NCBI GenBank assembly: GCA_963932905.1
Contig: CAWVRN010000008.1
Span: forward strand, 32,001 to 96,000
DNA: 64,000 bases
Direction: 5' to 3'
DNA from: an uncultured Bdellovibrio sp.
GTDB lineage: Bacteria > Bdellovibrionota > Bdellovibrionia > Bdellovibrionales > Bdellovibrionaceae
Position numbers and translations under genes: made by a program
Part shown: positions 37,834-47,389 of the stretch, piece by piece
Layout: each line of letters starts with the position of its first letter
Position numbering within the stretch: position 1 is the stretch's first letter
Notes under the pieces: model-generated
The model's database searches: none
What the model was told of the DNA's origin: nothing
The model's input: only the letters and a program-made list of their open reading frames with translations

Positions 37834-39627
37834 ATGGCAAAACAATTAAATAAAACGGAAACGGAACGCGCAAAGGTACTAGCTATCCTTGATGCTGAAG
37901 ACGACAAAGTACTTACAGGTGGAATTTTCGGAACAACTAAAAGTTCAGATTTCGACAAACTTTTCACTGATTCAGTAAGAGAACAAGATTTCAAAGTAGG
38001 GGACGTAGTAACCGGATCCGTAGTTGAAGTTCAGAGTGATTATGTCCTTGTGGACATCAATTACAAATCTGAAGGCCTAATTGATATTAATGAATTTAGA
38101 GTAGTAGACGGCGTTCGCGATGTAAAAGTGGGCGATAAAATCGAAGTTCTAATTGATCGTATTGAAAATGAAAATGGCATGATCGTTTTATCTAAAGATA
38201 AAGCTGACATGTTAAGAGCATGGACTGACATCACTAAAGCGGCAGAAAACGAAGAAGTGATTGAAGGTACTGTTATCGCTAAAGTTAAGGGTGGCTTACA
38301 AGTCGATATCGGCGTGAAAGCATTCTTACCTGGTTCACAAATTGATCTAAGACCTGTTCGCAACATGGACATCTTCTTAGGCAAAAAATATAAATTCAAA
38401 GTTATCAAGTTTAACAAAAAACGCGGTAACATCGTTCTTTCTCGTAGAGCATTGCTTGAAGAAGAAAGAGAAAATCTTAAAACACAAACTATCGATCAAA
38501 TGCGCGAAGGTTCTATCGTAGCTGGTCTTGTTAAGAATATCACTGATTACGGTGCGTTCATTGACTTGGGCGGTATGGATGGATTGCTTCACATCACTGA
38601 CATGAGCTGGGGCCGTATCAAGCACCCTTCTGAAGTGATCAACGTAGGCGACGAAATTCAAGTTAAAGTTCTTAAGTATGACCAAGAAAAACAACGTGTA
38701 TCTTTGGGCTTAAAACAGCTTCAAGAAGATCCATGGGGTACAGTAGCGGCATCTTACCCAGTTGGTAAAAAAGTTAAGGGTAAAGTTGTTTCTGTTACTG
38801 AATACGGTGCATTCGTAGAATTAGCAGAAGGTGTTGAAGGTCTAATCCACGTTTCAGAAATGAGCTGGACTAAACGTGTAAAACACGCGAACCAAATCGT
38901 ACAACCTACTCAAGAAGTAGAAGTACAGGTTCTTGAGATCGACAATGAAAATCGCAAGATTTCATTAGGTATGAAACAATTGATGAGCAATCCTTGGGTT
39001 GAGTTGAAAGAAACGTATCCTCCAGGAACTATCATCGAGGGCGAAGTTAAATCTGTTACAGATTTCGGTGTGTTCATCGGTATCGAAGACGGCATTGACG
39101 GTCTAGTTCATATCTCTGACTTCTCTTGGACTAAACGTGTAAATCACCCTTCAGAAATGTTTGCTAAAGGCCAAAAAGTACGCGCGGTTGTTCTAGGTGT
39201 AGATATCGAAAACGAACGTTTCAGCTTAGGTCTTAAACAGCTTGAAGCAGATCCTTGGTCAAATATCGAAACTAAATACGCTATCGGTACTCAACACGAA
39301 GTGAAAGTTACTAAAGTGGCTGACTTCGGTGCATTCGTAGAACTTGAAAGCGATATCGAAGGTTTGATCCACGTTTCTGAATTGACGACTGACAAAATCG
39401 CTAAACCAGAAGATTTCGTAAAATCGGGCGCGACTTTAAAAGCAGAAGTTATCTCTATCGATAAAGATGCTCGTAAAATCGGTCTATCTTCTAAACTAGT
39501 TAAATTGAGAGAGCAAAAAGCTGATGTTGACGATTATGTTAAAAAGGCGACGGCTTCTTCAAAAACTAGCTTCGGCGATGTATTTGCGGATGCGCTTAAA
39601 GGCGTAAAAACAGATACTAAGAACTAA
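37834..39627 (+). CDS. rpsA: 30S ribosomal protein S1
   Basis: Six S1 repeats (YGAFIDL, GLLHITDMSW etc.); strong codon bias; GGAGG RBS. Confidence 0.98.
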   Translation: MAKQLNKTETERAKVLAILDAEDDKVLTGGIFGTTKSSDFDKLFTDSVREQDFKVGDVVTGSVVEVQSDYVLVDINYKSEGLIDINEFRVVDGVRDVKVGDKIEVLIDRIENENGMIVLSKDKADMLRAWTDITKAAENEEVIEGTVIAKVKGGLQVDIGVKAFLPGSQIDLRPVRNMDIFLGKKYKFKVIKFNKKRGNIVLSRRALLEEERENLKTQTIDQMREGSIVAGLVKNITDYGAFIDLGGMDGLLHITDMSWGRIKHPSEVINVGDEIQVKVLKYDQEKQRVSLGLKQLQEDPWGTVAASYPVGKKVKGKVVSVTEYGAFVELAEGVEGLIHVSEMSWTKRVKHANQIVQPTQEVEVQVLEIDNENRKISLGMKQLMSNPWVELKETYPPGTIIEGEVKSVTDFGVFIGIEDGIDGLVHISDFSWTKRVNHPSEMFAKGQKVRAVVLGVDIENERFSLGLKQLEADPWSNIETKYAIGTQHEVKVTKVADFGAFVELESDIEGLIHVSELTTDKIAKPEDFVKSGATLKAEVISIDKDARKIGLSSKLVKLREQKADVDDYVKKATASSKTSFGDVFADALKGVKTDTKN

Positions 39628-39655
39628 TTCGGTTCTGACATTCCATATAAAGACT

Positions 39656-39684
39656 AAAAAGGGCTCCTATCGGAGCCCTTTTTT
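39656..39684 (+). terminator. Rho-independent terminator after rpsA
   Basis: AAAAA GGGCTCC TATC GGAGCCC TTTTTT. Confidence 0.9.
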
Positions 39685-39717
39685 CGTTTAAGCTTTCCTA
39701 TACCGTTGGAGAGTTAA

Positions 39718-40689
39718 ATGAAAAAGAGTTTCTTTGCTAAAGTTGTGATAGTTGCTGTTGTTTTTCTGGTTCTAGGAATGCTTTTGAAAAAGGGCGGATC
39801 GTACTTCAGTGCCGATGATGACGATGCTAAAATAGATATAGCTAAAAACAGTATCCTTCATATGGAATTAAGTGGCGTTATCATGAATGGTAAGCGCTTC
39901 ATCAAAAATTTAAATAAATACAAAAAAGACAAAAACATTAAAGCGATTGTTATCAATATCAATTCGCCAGGGGGTTCGGTCGGACCGTCTCAGGAAATTT
40001 TTGCAGAAATCAAACGCGCAAAAGAAGAAACTAAAAAGCCAATTATTTGTGTGACGACGGGAATTATGGCCAGCGGTGCGTATTATTCGGCTGTAGCGTG
40101 TGACAAGATTGTTGTGGCGCCAGGCGCGTTGATTGGATCCATCGGTGTGATCATGGAATTTGCTAACTTAGAAAAATTGTATGACTGGGCAAAGATCAGC
40201 CGCTTTACGATCACTTCAGGTAAATTTAAAGATTCGGGTAACGAGTTCCGAGCGATGCGTGATGATGAAAAAGCCTTGTTCCAAAGCATGATCACGGAGG
40301 TCTATCAACAATTCCGTACGACTGTAAAAGACGCGCGTAAATTGGATGACAAGATCATGGATCAATATGCTGATGGCCGCGTGTTTACAGGTACAGCCGC
40401 TGTGAAATTAGGTTTTGCCGATCAAGAGGGTATGTTTGAAGACGCTGTGAATTTAGCTGCGTCAGAAGCAAAACTAGGAACTGATTTCGAAGTGATTGAA
40501 ATTCCTAAACGTAAAAAATCAATTTTAGATTTTGGTGATACAAGCGAAGACGATCCGGTGAATTCCGTAGCGCAAGTTAAAGGTTTATTTGCGGATCAAG
40601 CGATCGGTCAGTCAGTTGAAAAAGTATTCCGTATGAAATATCTAAATCAACCAATGATGATCATGCCTGGGTTTTGGGACAGTAAATAA
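39718..40689 (+). CDS. sppA: Signal peptide peptidase SppA (S49)
   Basis: INSPGGSV, MASGAYY, GSIGV, SGKFKD, ADGRVFTG. Confidence 0.92.
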   Translation: MKKSFFAKVVIVAVVFLVLGMLLKKGGSYFSADDDDAKIDIAKNSILHMELSGVIMNGKRFIKNLNKYKKDKNIKAIVININSPGGSVGPSQEIFAEIKRAKEETKKPIICVTTGIMASGAYYSAVACDKIVVAPGALIGSIGVIMEFANLEKLYDWAKISRFTITSGKFKDSGNEFRAMRDDEKALFQSMITEVYQQFRTTVKDARKLDDKIMDQYADGRVFTGTAAVKLGFADQEGMFEDAVNLAASEAKLGTDFEVIEIPKRKKSILDFGDTSEDDPVNSVAQVKGLFADQAIGQSVEKVFRMKYLNQPMMIMPGFWDSK

Positions 40690-40692
40690 TTT

Positions 40693-41274
40693 ATGAAGGC
40701 AAAACTGACTAAGTTAAAGAAGACATCTAAATCGGTTAAAACGAAATCGTCGAAGAGCGATGTTCGCAATATTTCTTTGGTAAAGAATGTTTTGTTTAAA
40801 CCCGCCCGCTACAAATATATTCGTAAACAAGAAGTGGTAGATGGTTGTGTGTTTTGTAATTCATCGAAAAGAGTTTCGATGGACACATTATGTGTTTATA
40901 AATCTGAATATTCGATGATTGTTTTGAATAAATTTCCCTACAATAGCGGGCACCTATTGGTGTTGCCTCTGCAACATGTCGGTGATTTGCTAAAATTATC
41001 GAATGATCAGTACGCGGATTTGATGGCCACTTTGAAATTAGCCTGCCAGGCGGTGACGGATATTTATGCTCCAGCAGCCTTTAATTTGGGCATGAACCAT
41101 GGGGCTGCGGCGGGTGCTGGGATTCCAGATCATTTGCACTTTCATGTCATTCCACGTTGGGCAGGGGATTTAAATTTTTTCCCATTAATTGCTCAGACAA
41201 AAGTCGTTATTGAAACTCTTGAGCAGACATACCAGAACTATTTAGGGTATTTTAATAATAGGGTTTCATCATGA
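40693..41274 (+). CDS. HIT-family hydrolase (FHIT/Ap4A type)
   Basis: CVFC, LNKFPYNSGH, AGAGIPDHLHFHVIPRW. Confidence 0.9.
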   Translation: MKAKLTKLKKTSKSVKTKSSKSDVRNISLVKNVLFKPARYKYIRKQEVVDGCVFCNSSKRVSMDTLCVYKSEYSMIVLNKFPYNSGHLLVLPLQHVGDLLKLSNDQYADLMATLKLACQAVTDIYAPAAFNLGMNHGAAAGAGIPDHLHFHVIPRWAGDLNFFPLIAQTKVVIETLEQTYQNYLGYFNNRVSS

Positions 41275-42038
41275 ATTATCGACCATCACAAGTTTCCATG
41301 TCTATTCCTCCGTTTCCACCAGCTGTGAAATGGTTAATGATCGTTTCTGTTGCTATTTGGTTTATTGGCCAAGTTATCTTAGAGGGCTTTTTAAAAGTTC
41401 CGCTGACAGATATTTTTGCTCTTCAGCCGGGGCAAGTTCTGTTTGATTATTATATTTGGCAGTTGTTTTCCTACATGTTTTTGCATTCTCAGACTCAGGT
41501 GACTCATATCGTATTTAATATGTTGATGCTTTGGTTTATGGGGGCTGAGTTAGAAACGCGTTGGGGCAGTAAATCGTTTCTGGCGTTTTATATTATCAAC
41601 GGAATTGGAGCGGCCCTAATCTATATTTTTGGAATTGCGCTTTATTCCTACTTTTCGGGATCACAAAAAGGCCTTTTGGTCCCTGTTGTGGGTGCCAGCG
41701 GGTCTTTATTCGCCCTAATGCTTGCTTATGGTTGGTTGTTTGGGGATAGAGTGATCTATTTCTTTATGGTTTTTCCGATGAAAGCTCGTTATTTCGTTAT
41801 GATATTGGGCTTTATTCAGATTTCGTCGTTGTTAACGACGGGGGTAGTGGGCGGCGAAGTAGCTCATTTGGCCCATTTGGGCGGAATTTTATCTGGAATT
41901 ATCTATATTTTCTTTTGGGGAATGTATAAAACCCGGGTCCAAGAGTCTAAAACCAAAAAGAAGACAAACCTACGTCTGATTGTAAACAATGAAGAGCAAG
42001 ATGCCTCGAAAAAGCGCGATCCTCGCTACTGGAACTAA
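41271..42038 (+). CDS. Rhomboid intramembrane serine protease
   Basis: WQLFSYMFLH, HIVFNML, GASG, AHLGG. Confidence 0.92.
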   Translation: MNYRPSQVSMSIPPFPPAVKWLMIVSVAIWFIGQVILEGFLKVPLTDIFALQPGQVLFDYYIWQLFSYMFLHSQTQVTHIVFNMLMLWFMGAELETRWGSKSFLAFYIINGIGAALIYIFGIALYSYFSGSQKGLLVPVVGASGSLFALMLAYGWLFGDRVIYFFMVFPMKARYFVMILGFIQISSLLTTGVVGGEVAHLAHLGGILSGIIYIFFWGMYKTRVQESKTKKKTNLRLIVNNEEQDASKKRDPRYWN

Positions 42039-42163
42039 ATCCTAGACCTTGCAACCATTTTAAGCTATTTATGGAGATCGAGTGATTAAAAAAACCTAGA
42101 TCGTCGTTCGATTTAGATCTTTTTAAGCATTCGACAAGAAGTTTAAAAAAAAAGGAAAGTGTT

Positions 42164-42349
42164 ATGTCTTTAAGTGATTCATTAAAAAAGCTAAAATACG
42201 ATACTCGTCTTACAGAATGGTACATGAAGAACAATTTAATGACTCAAGACGAGCTTAAAAAATCGTTAGATGCATTGCCAGATGTGTCGGCTAATATCGA
42301 TATTTCTCAAGAAGGCGATTCTGAAGTTCAGCCTGAGGAAACGCACTAG
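42164..42349 (+). CDS. Small hypothetical protein
   Basis: 61 aa with AGGA RBS; plausible codon usage. Confidence 0.65.
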   Translation: MSLSDSLKKLKYDTRLTEWYMKNNLMTQDELKKSLDALPDVSANIDISQEGDSEVQPEETH

Positions 42350-42361
42350 TTTTTTTGTTGT

Positions 42362-43387
42362 TTAGTTTGAGCTAGTGGGCGTTGATGCCGCTGGCTCTAT
42401 CTGCTTCTGAGTTAACTCGAAGCCTTCTGGATTTGCTTCCTTCCACTCTTCACTGATAATTTTATATTTACTATCGATCTTCACAGCATGAATCGTTTTA
42501 ATACCGAAATCCGTGTGCTTATCGCTTTGGTATTTCTGTAGTGTTTTGATGATCAGCTGTTCGTTATGAATTAAGATAAATGGCTGATCGAACGACACAT
42601 TTATAAAGTCGTATTTACCAATCAGACCTTCTTTATATTTCTTCCAGCGTTTTTTCGTGTAACCCAAAGATTTAAAATCCTCGTCGTAGAAATCAATATA
42701 TTTGTCTATCGATTTACTTTGCCAAGCATCGCGCCAACCGTCTATGAATGCGTGAATTTCACTTTTCTTTTTTTCGTGATCAGTGGACGGAACAAATTTT
42801 ACCTGATCAAAAATTAATATAGGAGTTTCTTTCAGCTGGATATATTGAGTTAATTTTTCGATGACTTCATTTCGAACGACCACGCAGCCGCGAGAACCAC
42901 GAGTCAATGGAACAGTCTCGGGGATGGAGTGAAGCCAAATACCACTGCCAGATTTCTTTGCGCGTACGTCGAAAATATTTGGATAATCTAAAGTGAACGC
43001 CATTTTTCCGTACGTCTCGAATGGAATTTGTGGTGGTTTAAGTAAGTTTTGGAAAAAGTAAATTCCTTCTGGCGTTTTGTGGTCATCACGTTTCATTTTG
43101 TTGCCGTCATTTTTTCCGATGTCGGCAGGGAATTCGCCTACTTTTTTAATTTTTGTTTCTTCACGTTCATACAAAAACAAAGTTCTTAAGCTTTTATCAA
43201 CCAAGAAAACATACTTTGCGAATGCTTTTGTATCTGCAATTTGCAGAAGTTGTTCAGGCATCAATGTTTCATCTTTAGATTCAGTTTTTGATGTGGTCGT
43301 CGAAGTGTCTGACTTTGCTTCGAAACTATGAAGTGTCATAAACAATGACGAAAAAACTAGGATTGCGGAACGACTCAATTTATTCAT
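42362..43387 (-). CDS. L,D-transpeptidase/carboxypeptidase (YkuD) with C-terminal NTF2-like domain
   Basis: Signal peptide; KTPEGIY, LDYPN, GSGIWLH, SRGC; C-domain W..AW.S...KY..FY...KIISEEW. Confidence 0.88.
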   Translation of the reverse strand: MNKLSRSAILVFSSLFMTLHSFEAKSDTSTTTSKTESKDETLMPEQLLQIADTKAFAKYVFLVDKSLRTLFLYEREETKIKKVGEFPADIGKNDGNKMKRDDHKTPEGIYFFQNLLKPPQIPFETYGKMAFTLDYPNIFDVRAKKSGSGIWLHSIPETVPLTRGSRGCVVVRNEVIEKLTQYIQLKETPILIFDQVKFVPSTDHEKKKSEIHAFIDGWRDAWQSKSIDKYIDFYDEDFKSLGYTKKRWKKYKEGLIGKYDFINVSFDQPFILIHNEQLIIKTLQKYQSDKHTDFGIKTIHAVKIDSKYKIISEEWKEANPEGFELTQKQIEPAASTPTSSN

Positions 43388-43438
43388 TTCCTATAATTGA
43401 AACTCTATTTTTTGCAAAGTGCAAGTCTGGAAAGGGGA

Positions 43439-43451
43439 CAAGTTATTGATT
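43439..43451 (-). promoter_or_regulatory. IHF consensus site between the L,D-peptidase gene and fliL
   Basis: Minus strand AATCAA-TAAC-TTG. Confidence 0.4.
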
Positions 43452-43507
43452 TTTTTGCCATTTTCCACACGACAGCAATCTTTAGTCTAGTATCTTCATT
43501 TTGGGGC

Positions 43508-43534
43508 TAAGGTCTTAGGACTTTATACCGAAAA
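43508..43534 (+). promoter_or_regulatory. Sigma28-like promoter of fliL
   Basis: TAAG-N15-ACCGAAAA directly upstream of a flagellar gene. Confidence 0.55.
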
Positions 43535-43552
43535 AATAGTTAAGAGGTACTT

Positions 43553-44077
43553 ATGTCCGAAGAGAAAAAAGACGGCCAAGCGGCAGCTGGTAGTGGTAAA
43601 AAAGTTGATGTGAAGAAAATCCTGACGTTAGTCTTTGCAGTTTTAAATATGGGTGTGGGTGGCTTTGGATTATTTATGACTTACAAAGGAACATTGGGTT
43701 GGTCGACTCCAAAAATTACGGAAGAGGATTTAAAACGACAAATAGCTTCTGAGGAACCAAAGGACATTATTGGACCTTTCATCTACACGATGGATAAATT
43801 CACGGTGAATTTAGGTGGCGAGCCTAAGCGCATGATTCGACTAGAAGTAAATCTAGAATTGCTGGACCACGAGGGCTTTGAAGAAATTATTAACACTGAA
43901 AATCGCGCTCGCGCCCGTGATCGCATCGTTGATCTGTTAAATTCCAAGACTTTTAGCGATGTCGAAACTCTCCAAGGTAAGCTATTTTTGAAAGAAAATA
44001 TCGCATTCGAGATCAACCAAATCCTACCACGCGGTTCAATCAAAGATATTTACTTTACCGAGTTTGTAGTTCAGTAG
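43553..44077 (+). CDS. fliL: Flagellar basal body-associated protein FliL
   Basis: Single TM; FTVNL, RDRI, GKLFLK, IYFTEFVVQ C-terminus. Confidence 0.92.
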   Translation: MSEEKKDGQAAAGSGKKVDVKKILTLVFAVLNMGVGGFGLFMTYKGTLGWSTPKITEEDLKRQIASEEPKDIIGPFIYTMDKFTVNLGGEPKRMIRLEVNLELLDHEGFEEIINTENRARARDRIVDLLNSKTFSDVETLQGKLFLKENIAFEINQILPRGSIKDIYFTEFVVQ

Positions 44078-44134
44078 GAACTCAAAAAGACTAGTTCAGT
44101 AGGAACTCAGAGGGGCCAGCTCAGTAACAATTCC
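44067..44134 (+). repeat. Three 25-bp-period direct repeats at the fliL 3' end
   Basis: TAGTTCAGTAGGAACTCA at 44067 and 44092; degenerate CAGCTCAGTAACAATTCC at 44117. Confidence 0.8.
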
Positions 44135-44160
44135 GTAAGTACAGAAAAAGTCTCGAGTTC

Positions 44161-44189
44161 TTGACCCCTTATAAGTTGAGTTTTATGAT
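44161..44189 (+). promoter_or_regulatory. Sigma70-like promoter
   Basis: TTGACC-N17-TATGAT, 10 nt before the ATG at 44200. Confidence 0.6.
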
Positions 44190-44199
44190 GACTTAACTT

Positions 44200-45534
44200 A
44201 TGTCGAAGAACACCTCTGTTTTCTTTTTTGCGATTACTTTCTTGGCCTCAACATTCTTGTGGGCCCAAACAAAAACTCCCGCGCGTATTCAGTTTTCGGT
44301 AGTGAAGTACACGTTGCCAAATGGGTTAACGGTCATTCTTCATTCTGATAATTCGCTACCGCTGATTAGCTACCACACCTGGTATAAGGTGGGATCCCGA
44401 GACGAATATGCTGGTGTTACTGGAGCGGCTCACATGCTTGAACATATGATGTTCAAAGGATCAAAACGATTTCCTGGTAACGACTATGATCGCATTTTGC
44501 ATGAAAATGGGATCACGAACAACGCATTCACAAGTTATGACTACACTGGATTTTATCAATCACTACCAAGTTCAAAATTAGATTTGATGATGCAATTAGA
44601 AGTGGATCGTATGAGCCAGCTTTTGTTGCGGGAAGAAGACTTAAAAACGGAACGTGAAGTTGTCAAAGAAGAACGACGTTGGCGAGTCGATAACAACCCG
44701 ACGATGGCTTTGTTTGAACTGACAATGGGCACTGTGTTCAGAGTTAGCAATTATAAGAATCCAGTCATTGGTACCATGGACGATATCAATAATTTCAATG
44801 TCACTACTTTACGTAAGTTTCATGAAACGTTTTATGTGCCAAACAATGCCGTTCTGGTAATTGCTGGTGATTTTAAAATTCCAGAAGTTAAAAAACTAGT
44901 CGAGAAATATTACGGCCCTTTAGAGAAAAAAGAACTTCCTGAACGAAATTATAAAAAAGAGCCACCTCAAGCAGTTCAGTACAATGCTAAATTGAAAAAA
45001 GATGTAAAGGCGAATAGTTTTAATCTGGTTTTTCAAAGTGTTCCGCAAGATCATCCTGATTCTTATGCGCTGGATTTAATTTGCACGATGCTGGGTTCTG
45101 GTTCTTCGAGTCGTTTACATAAACGTTTAGTTTATTCAAAAGAAATGGCGACGAATGCGGACTGCAGTCATTACAACCTAATGGACCAGGGTGTTTTAAA
45201 TATTCATGTATCTTTAAAGCCGGGAATCGAAATCGAAAATCCATTGAATGTCGTTTACAACGAAATTTATATGCTTCGAAATTTTCCTATTAAAGAGCCT
45301 GAACTTGAGAAAGCAAAAATCCTAGCGATTAAATCGCACGTGGATTCGTTAAGAACATTGGATAATAAAGCACGTTTATTAGCGTCGGCGGAAATTTCCA
45401 CGGGAAATTACGAAACCTTATTTACAGATATTGAAAAAATTCAAAATGTAACACTAGCTGATATTAAGACGGTGGCTTCTAAATATTTGAATCAGCAACA
45501 ACGATCGATTGTGTCTTTGTCACCTAAGAAGTAA
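44200..45534 (+). CDS. M16-family zinc peptidase (catalytic subunit)
   Basis: Signal peptide; HMLEH (HxxEH), NAFT, EREVVKEER. Confidence 0.93.
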   Translation: MSKNTSVFFFAITFLASTFLWAQTKTPARIQFSVVKYTLPNGLTVILHSDNSLPLISYHTWYKVGSRDEYAGVTGAAHMLEHMMFKGSKRFPGNDYDRILHENGITNNAFTSYDYTGFYQSLPSSKLDLMMQLEVDRMSQLLLREEDLKTEREVVKEERRWRVDNNPTMALFELTMGTVFRVSNYKNPVIGTMDDINNFNVTTLRKFHETFYVPNNAVLVIAGDFKIPEVKKLVEKYYGPLEKKELPERNYKKEPPQAVQYNAKLKKDVKANSFNLVFQSVPQDHPDSYALDLICTMLGSGSSSRLHKRLVYSKEMATNADCSHYNLMDQGVLNIHVSLKPGIEIENPLNVVYNEIYMLRNFPIKEPELEKAKILAIKSHVDSLRTLDNKARLLASAEISTGNYETLFTDIEKIQNVTLADIKTVASKYLNQQQRSIVSLSPKK

Positions 45535-45545
45535 AGGACTAGAAA

Positions 45546-46952
45546 ATGTTTAGATATTTAGTTGGAGTTTGTTTTATTACTTCGTCGCTTTTGATGTCGT
45601 GCCAAACGGCTAAGAAGGAAGTCGTATCGACTAGTCCTCCGCCGGCCGTGGTTGTCGCTAAGCCTACCAGTTCTACAGCTTTGAAATTGAAACCTACAAA
45701 AGAATTAGTTTTAGAAAACGGACTTAAAGTATACATATTCCGCGATCTCTCGCTTCCTAGGTTCAGTATTAACTTACTTGTTAAAGTTGGGCAAAGAAAC
45801 GATACAGTTGAAAAAGTCGGGGTTAACCATTTGACTGCGTCCTTGCTAGAACAAGGAACTAATCAATATTCAGCCACGCAAATTGCAGATAAAATCGCGG
45901 CTCTGGGGTCTGATCTGTCCATCGTACCGGGGGATGAGTATACATTAGTGTCTATCGACGGTTTGTCGATGTCGGTGGATGCCATTGTGGATTTATTCGG
46001 TGAGCTTGTTTTCAGACCAACTTTTCAAAATGAAGAAATCACTAAGCTGAAAAAAGAATTCGCGGCACAACTTAAAAAAGTGCAAGATGATCCATCTCAG
46101 GTGGCTGACTTAGGATTAAATGCGTTTTTACATAAAGGTACCCCCTTGGCTTATTCTTCAATTGGAACGGAAGCGTCACTTAAAAAAATTGGAAAATCAG
46201 ATTTGATTAAAAACTACTTAACAAATTATCGCCCGAACAATTCTATTTTAAGTATCGTAGGAAATATCAGCGAAGATGTAGAAAAGAAAATTCTTGAGCG
46301 TTTCAAGGCTTGGCCATCGCGCCCAATGAAACCAAATGTAGCTGCGGTTAAGCCGGCGGTTGAGGCTAAGCGCATGGAAGTACAGCTTAAGAAAGATTTG
46401 GTTCAGTCTGAAATTCGGGTGGCGATGCCTATGATTCCAAGAAAGCATCCTGACTATTTGAAACTGCGTTTGATTAACGAAATATTTGGAGGCGGCTTCG
46501 TATCGCGATTGAATTCTAAAATTCGTGATCAGTTGGGATTAACTTACGGGATCAGCAGTTCGCTAGATTTAGGGCTTGAGCAAGGTTACATGTTCGTTTC
46601 AACATTTACTAAAAATGAAACAACTCAGCAGGTGATCGAGCAGATAAATGTAGAAGTAGCCAAGCTAGTCGAAGAAGGAGTGACCGCTAAGGAGTTGTCT
46701 AGCGCTAAAAATATGGTGTTAGCTCAGTTCCCAAGAGCGTTAGAAACCGTAGATCGCGTTGCTTTTAATTTTATGTATTTGGATTTTTATGGTGTGGGCC
46801 CATCTTATCTATATGATTTTCAACGCTCGGTAGATCGATTGTCGCTAGATGAGATCAACCAAGCAATCAAAACGCATTTCAGTGTTGATAAGATGAAAAT
46901 GTTTGTTTTGGCAAATCCGTCAGTTGAAAAAAGCTTAACGACGATTAAATAG
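45546..46952 (+). CDS. M16-family peptidase-like lipoprotein (non-catalytic subunit)
   Basis: Lipobox LMSC; lacks HxxEH; GGGFVSRL...IR...GLTY. Confidence 0.88.
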   Translation: MFRYLVGVCFITSSLLMSCQTAKKEVVSTSPPPAVVVAKPTSSTALKLKPTKELVLENGLKVYIFRDLSLPRFSINLLVKVGQRNDTVEKVGVNHLTASLLEQGTNQYSATQIADKIAALGSDLSIVPGDEYTLVSIDGLSMSVDAIVDLFGELVFRPTFQNEEITKLKKEFAAQLKKVQDDPSQVADLGLNAFLHKGTPLAYSSIGTEASLKKIGKSDLIKNYLTNYRPNNSILSIVGNISEDVEKKILERFKAWPSRPMKPNVAAVKPAVEAKRMEVQLKKDLVQSEIRVAMPMIPRKHPDYLKLRLINEIFGGGFVSRLNSKIRDQLGLTYGISSSLDLGLEQGYMFVSTFTKNETTQQVIEQINVEVAKLVEEGVTAKELSSAKNMVLAQFPRALETVDRVAFNFMYLDFYGVGPSYLYDFQRSVDRLSLDEINQAIKTHFSVDKMKMFVLANPSVEKSLTTIK

Positions 46953-46966
46953 ATTGGTGTCCGAAA

Positions 46967-47389
46967 TTATTTTTTCGTTTTATTGACCCTGTTGAGTTTG
47001 TTGAAGGTTTCGGCCAGGTCCTTAAAGTAGTCATTTTTTCTGAACACTACATCTTCGACTTCTTTACCGGCGATCATGTTTTCCATGTGGATTTTTAATC
47101 TATAAATGGGTCCGGCAATTCTATTCGTTAAGTATAGGCCATAGAAAATAATAGCTGTGAAAAACACGAATATCAAACCGTAGGCAACGCCGTTAGTATG
47201 TTCCGCATCTATTTCATTCAATGACTGAATAACATGGTAACCACTTAATACGGCAATTGAAAGGGTGATGGAATAACTTATGATTGCCCATTGAACTTCC
47301 TTATTTATAATAAGTTGGCGTTGTCGAAATTTTACCTTTTTAAATGGTTCGTTAGTCATAGTTTGCAAAGTCCTTATTTTGTTTTCCAT
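46967..47389 (-). CDS. Small two-TM protein with HAMP-like segment
   Basis: Two TMs followed by TNRIAGPIYRL...RKND...LAETFN. Confidence 0.7.
   Translation of the reverse strand: MENKIRTLQTMTNEPFKKVKFRQRQLIINKEVQWAIISYSITLSIAVLSGYHVIQSLNEIDAEHTNGVAYGLIFVFFTAIIFYGLYLTNRIAGPIYRLKIHMENMIAGKEVEDVVFRKNDYFKDLAETFNKLNRVNKTKK

Noticed and set aside
44067..44134. Possible mini CRISPR array
   Set aside because: The period is only 25 bp with 7-bp spacers, there are no cas genes, and the repeat includes the fliL coding end.
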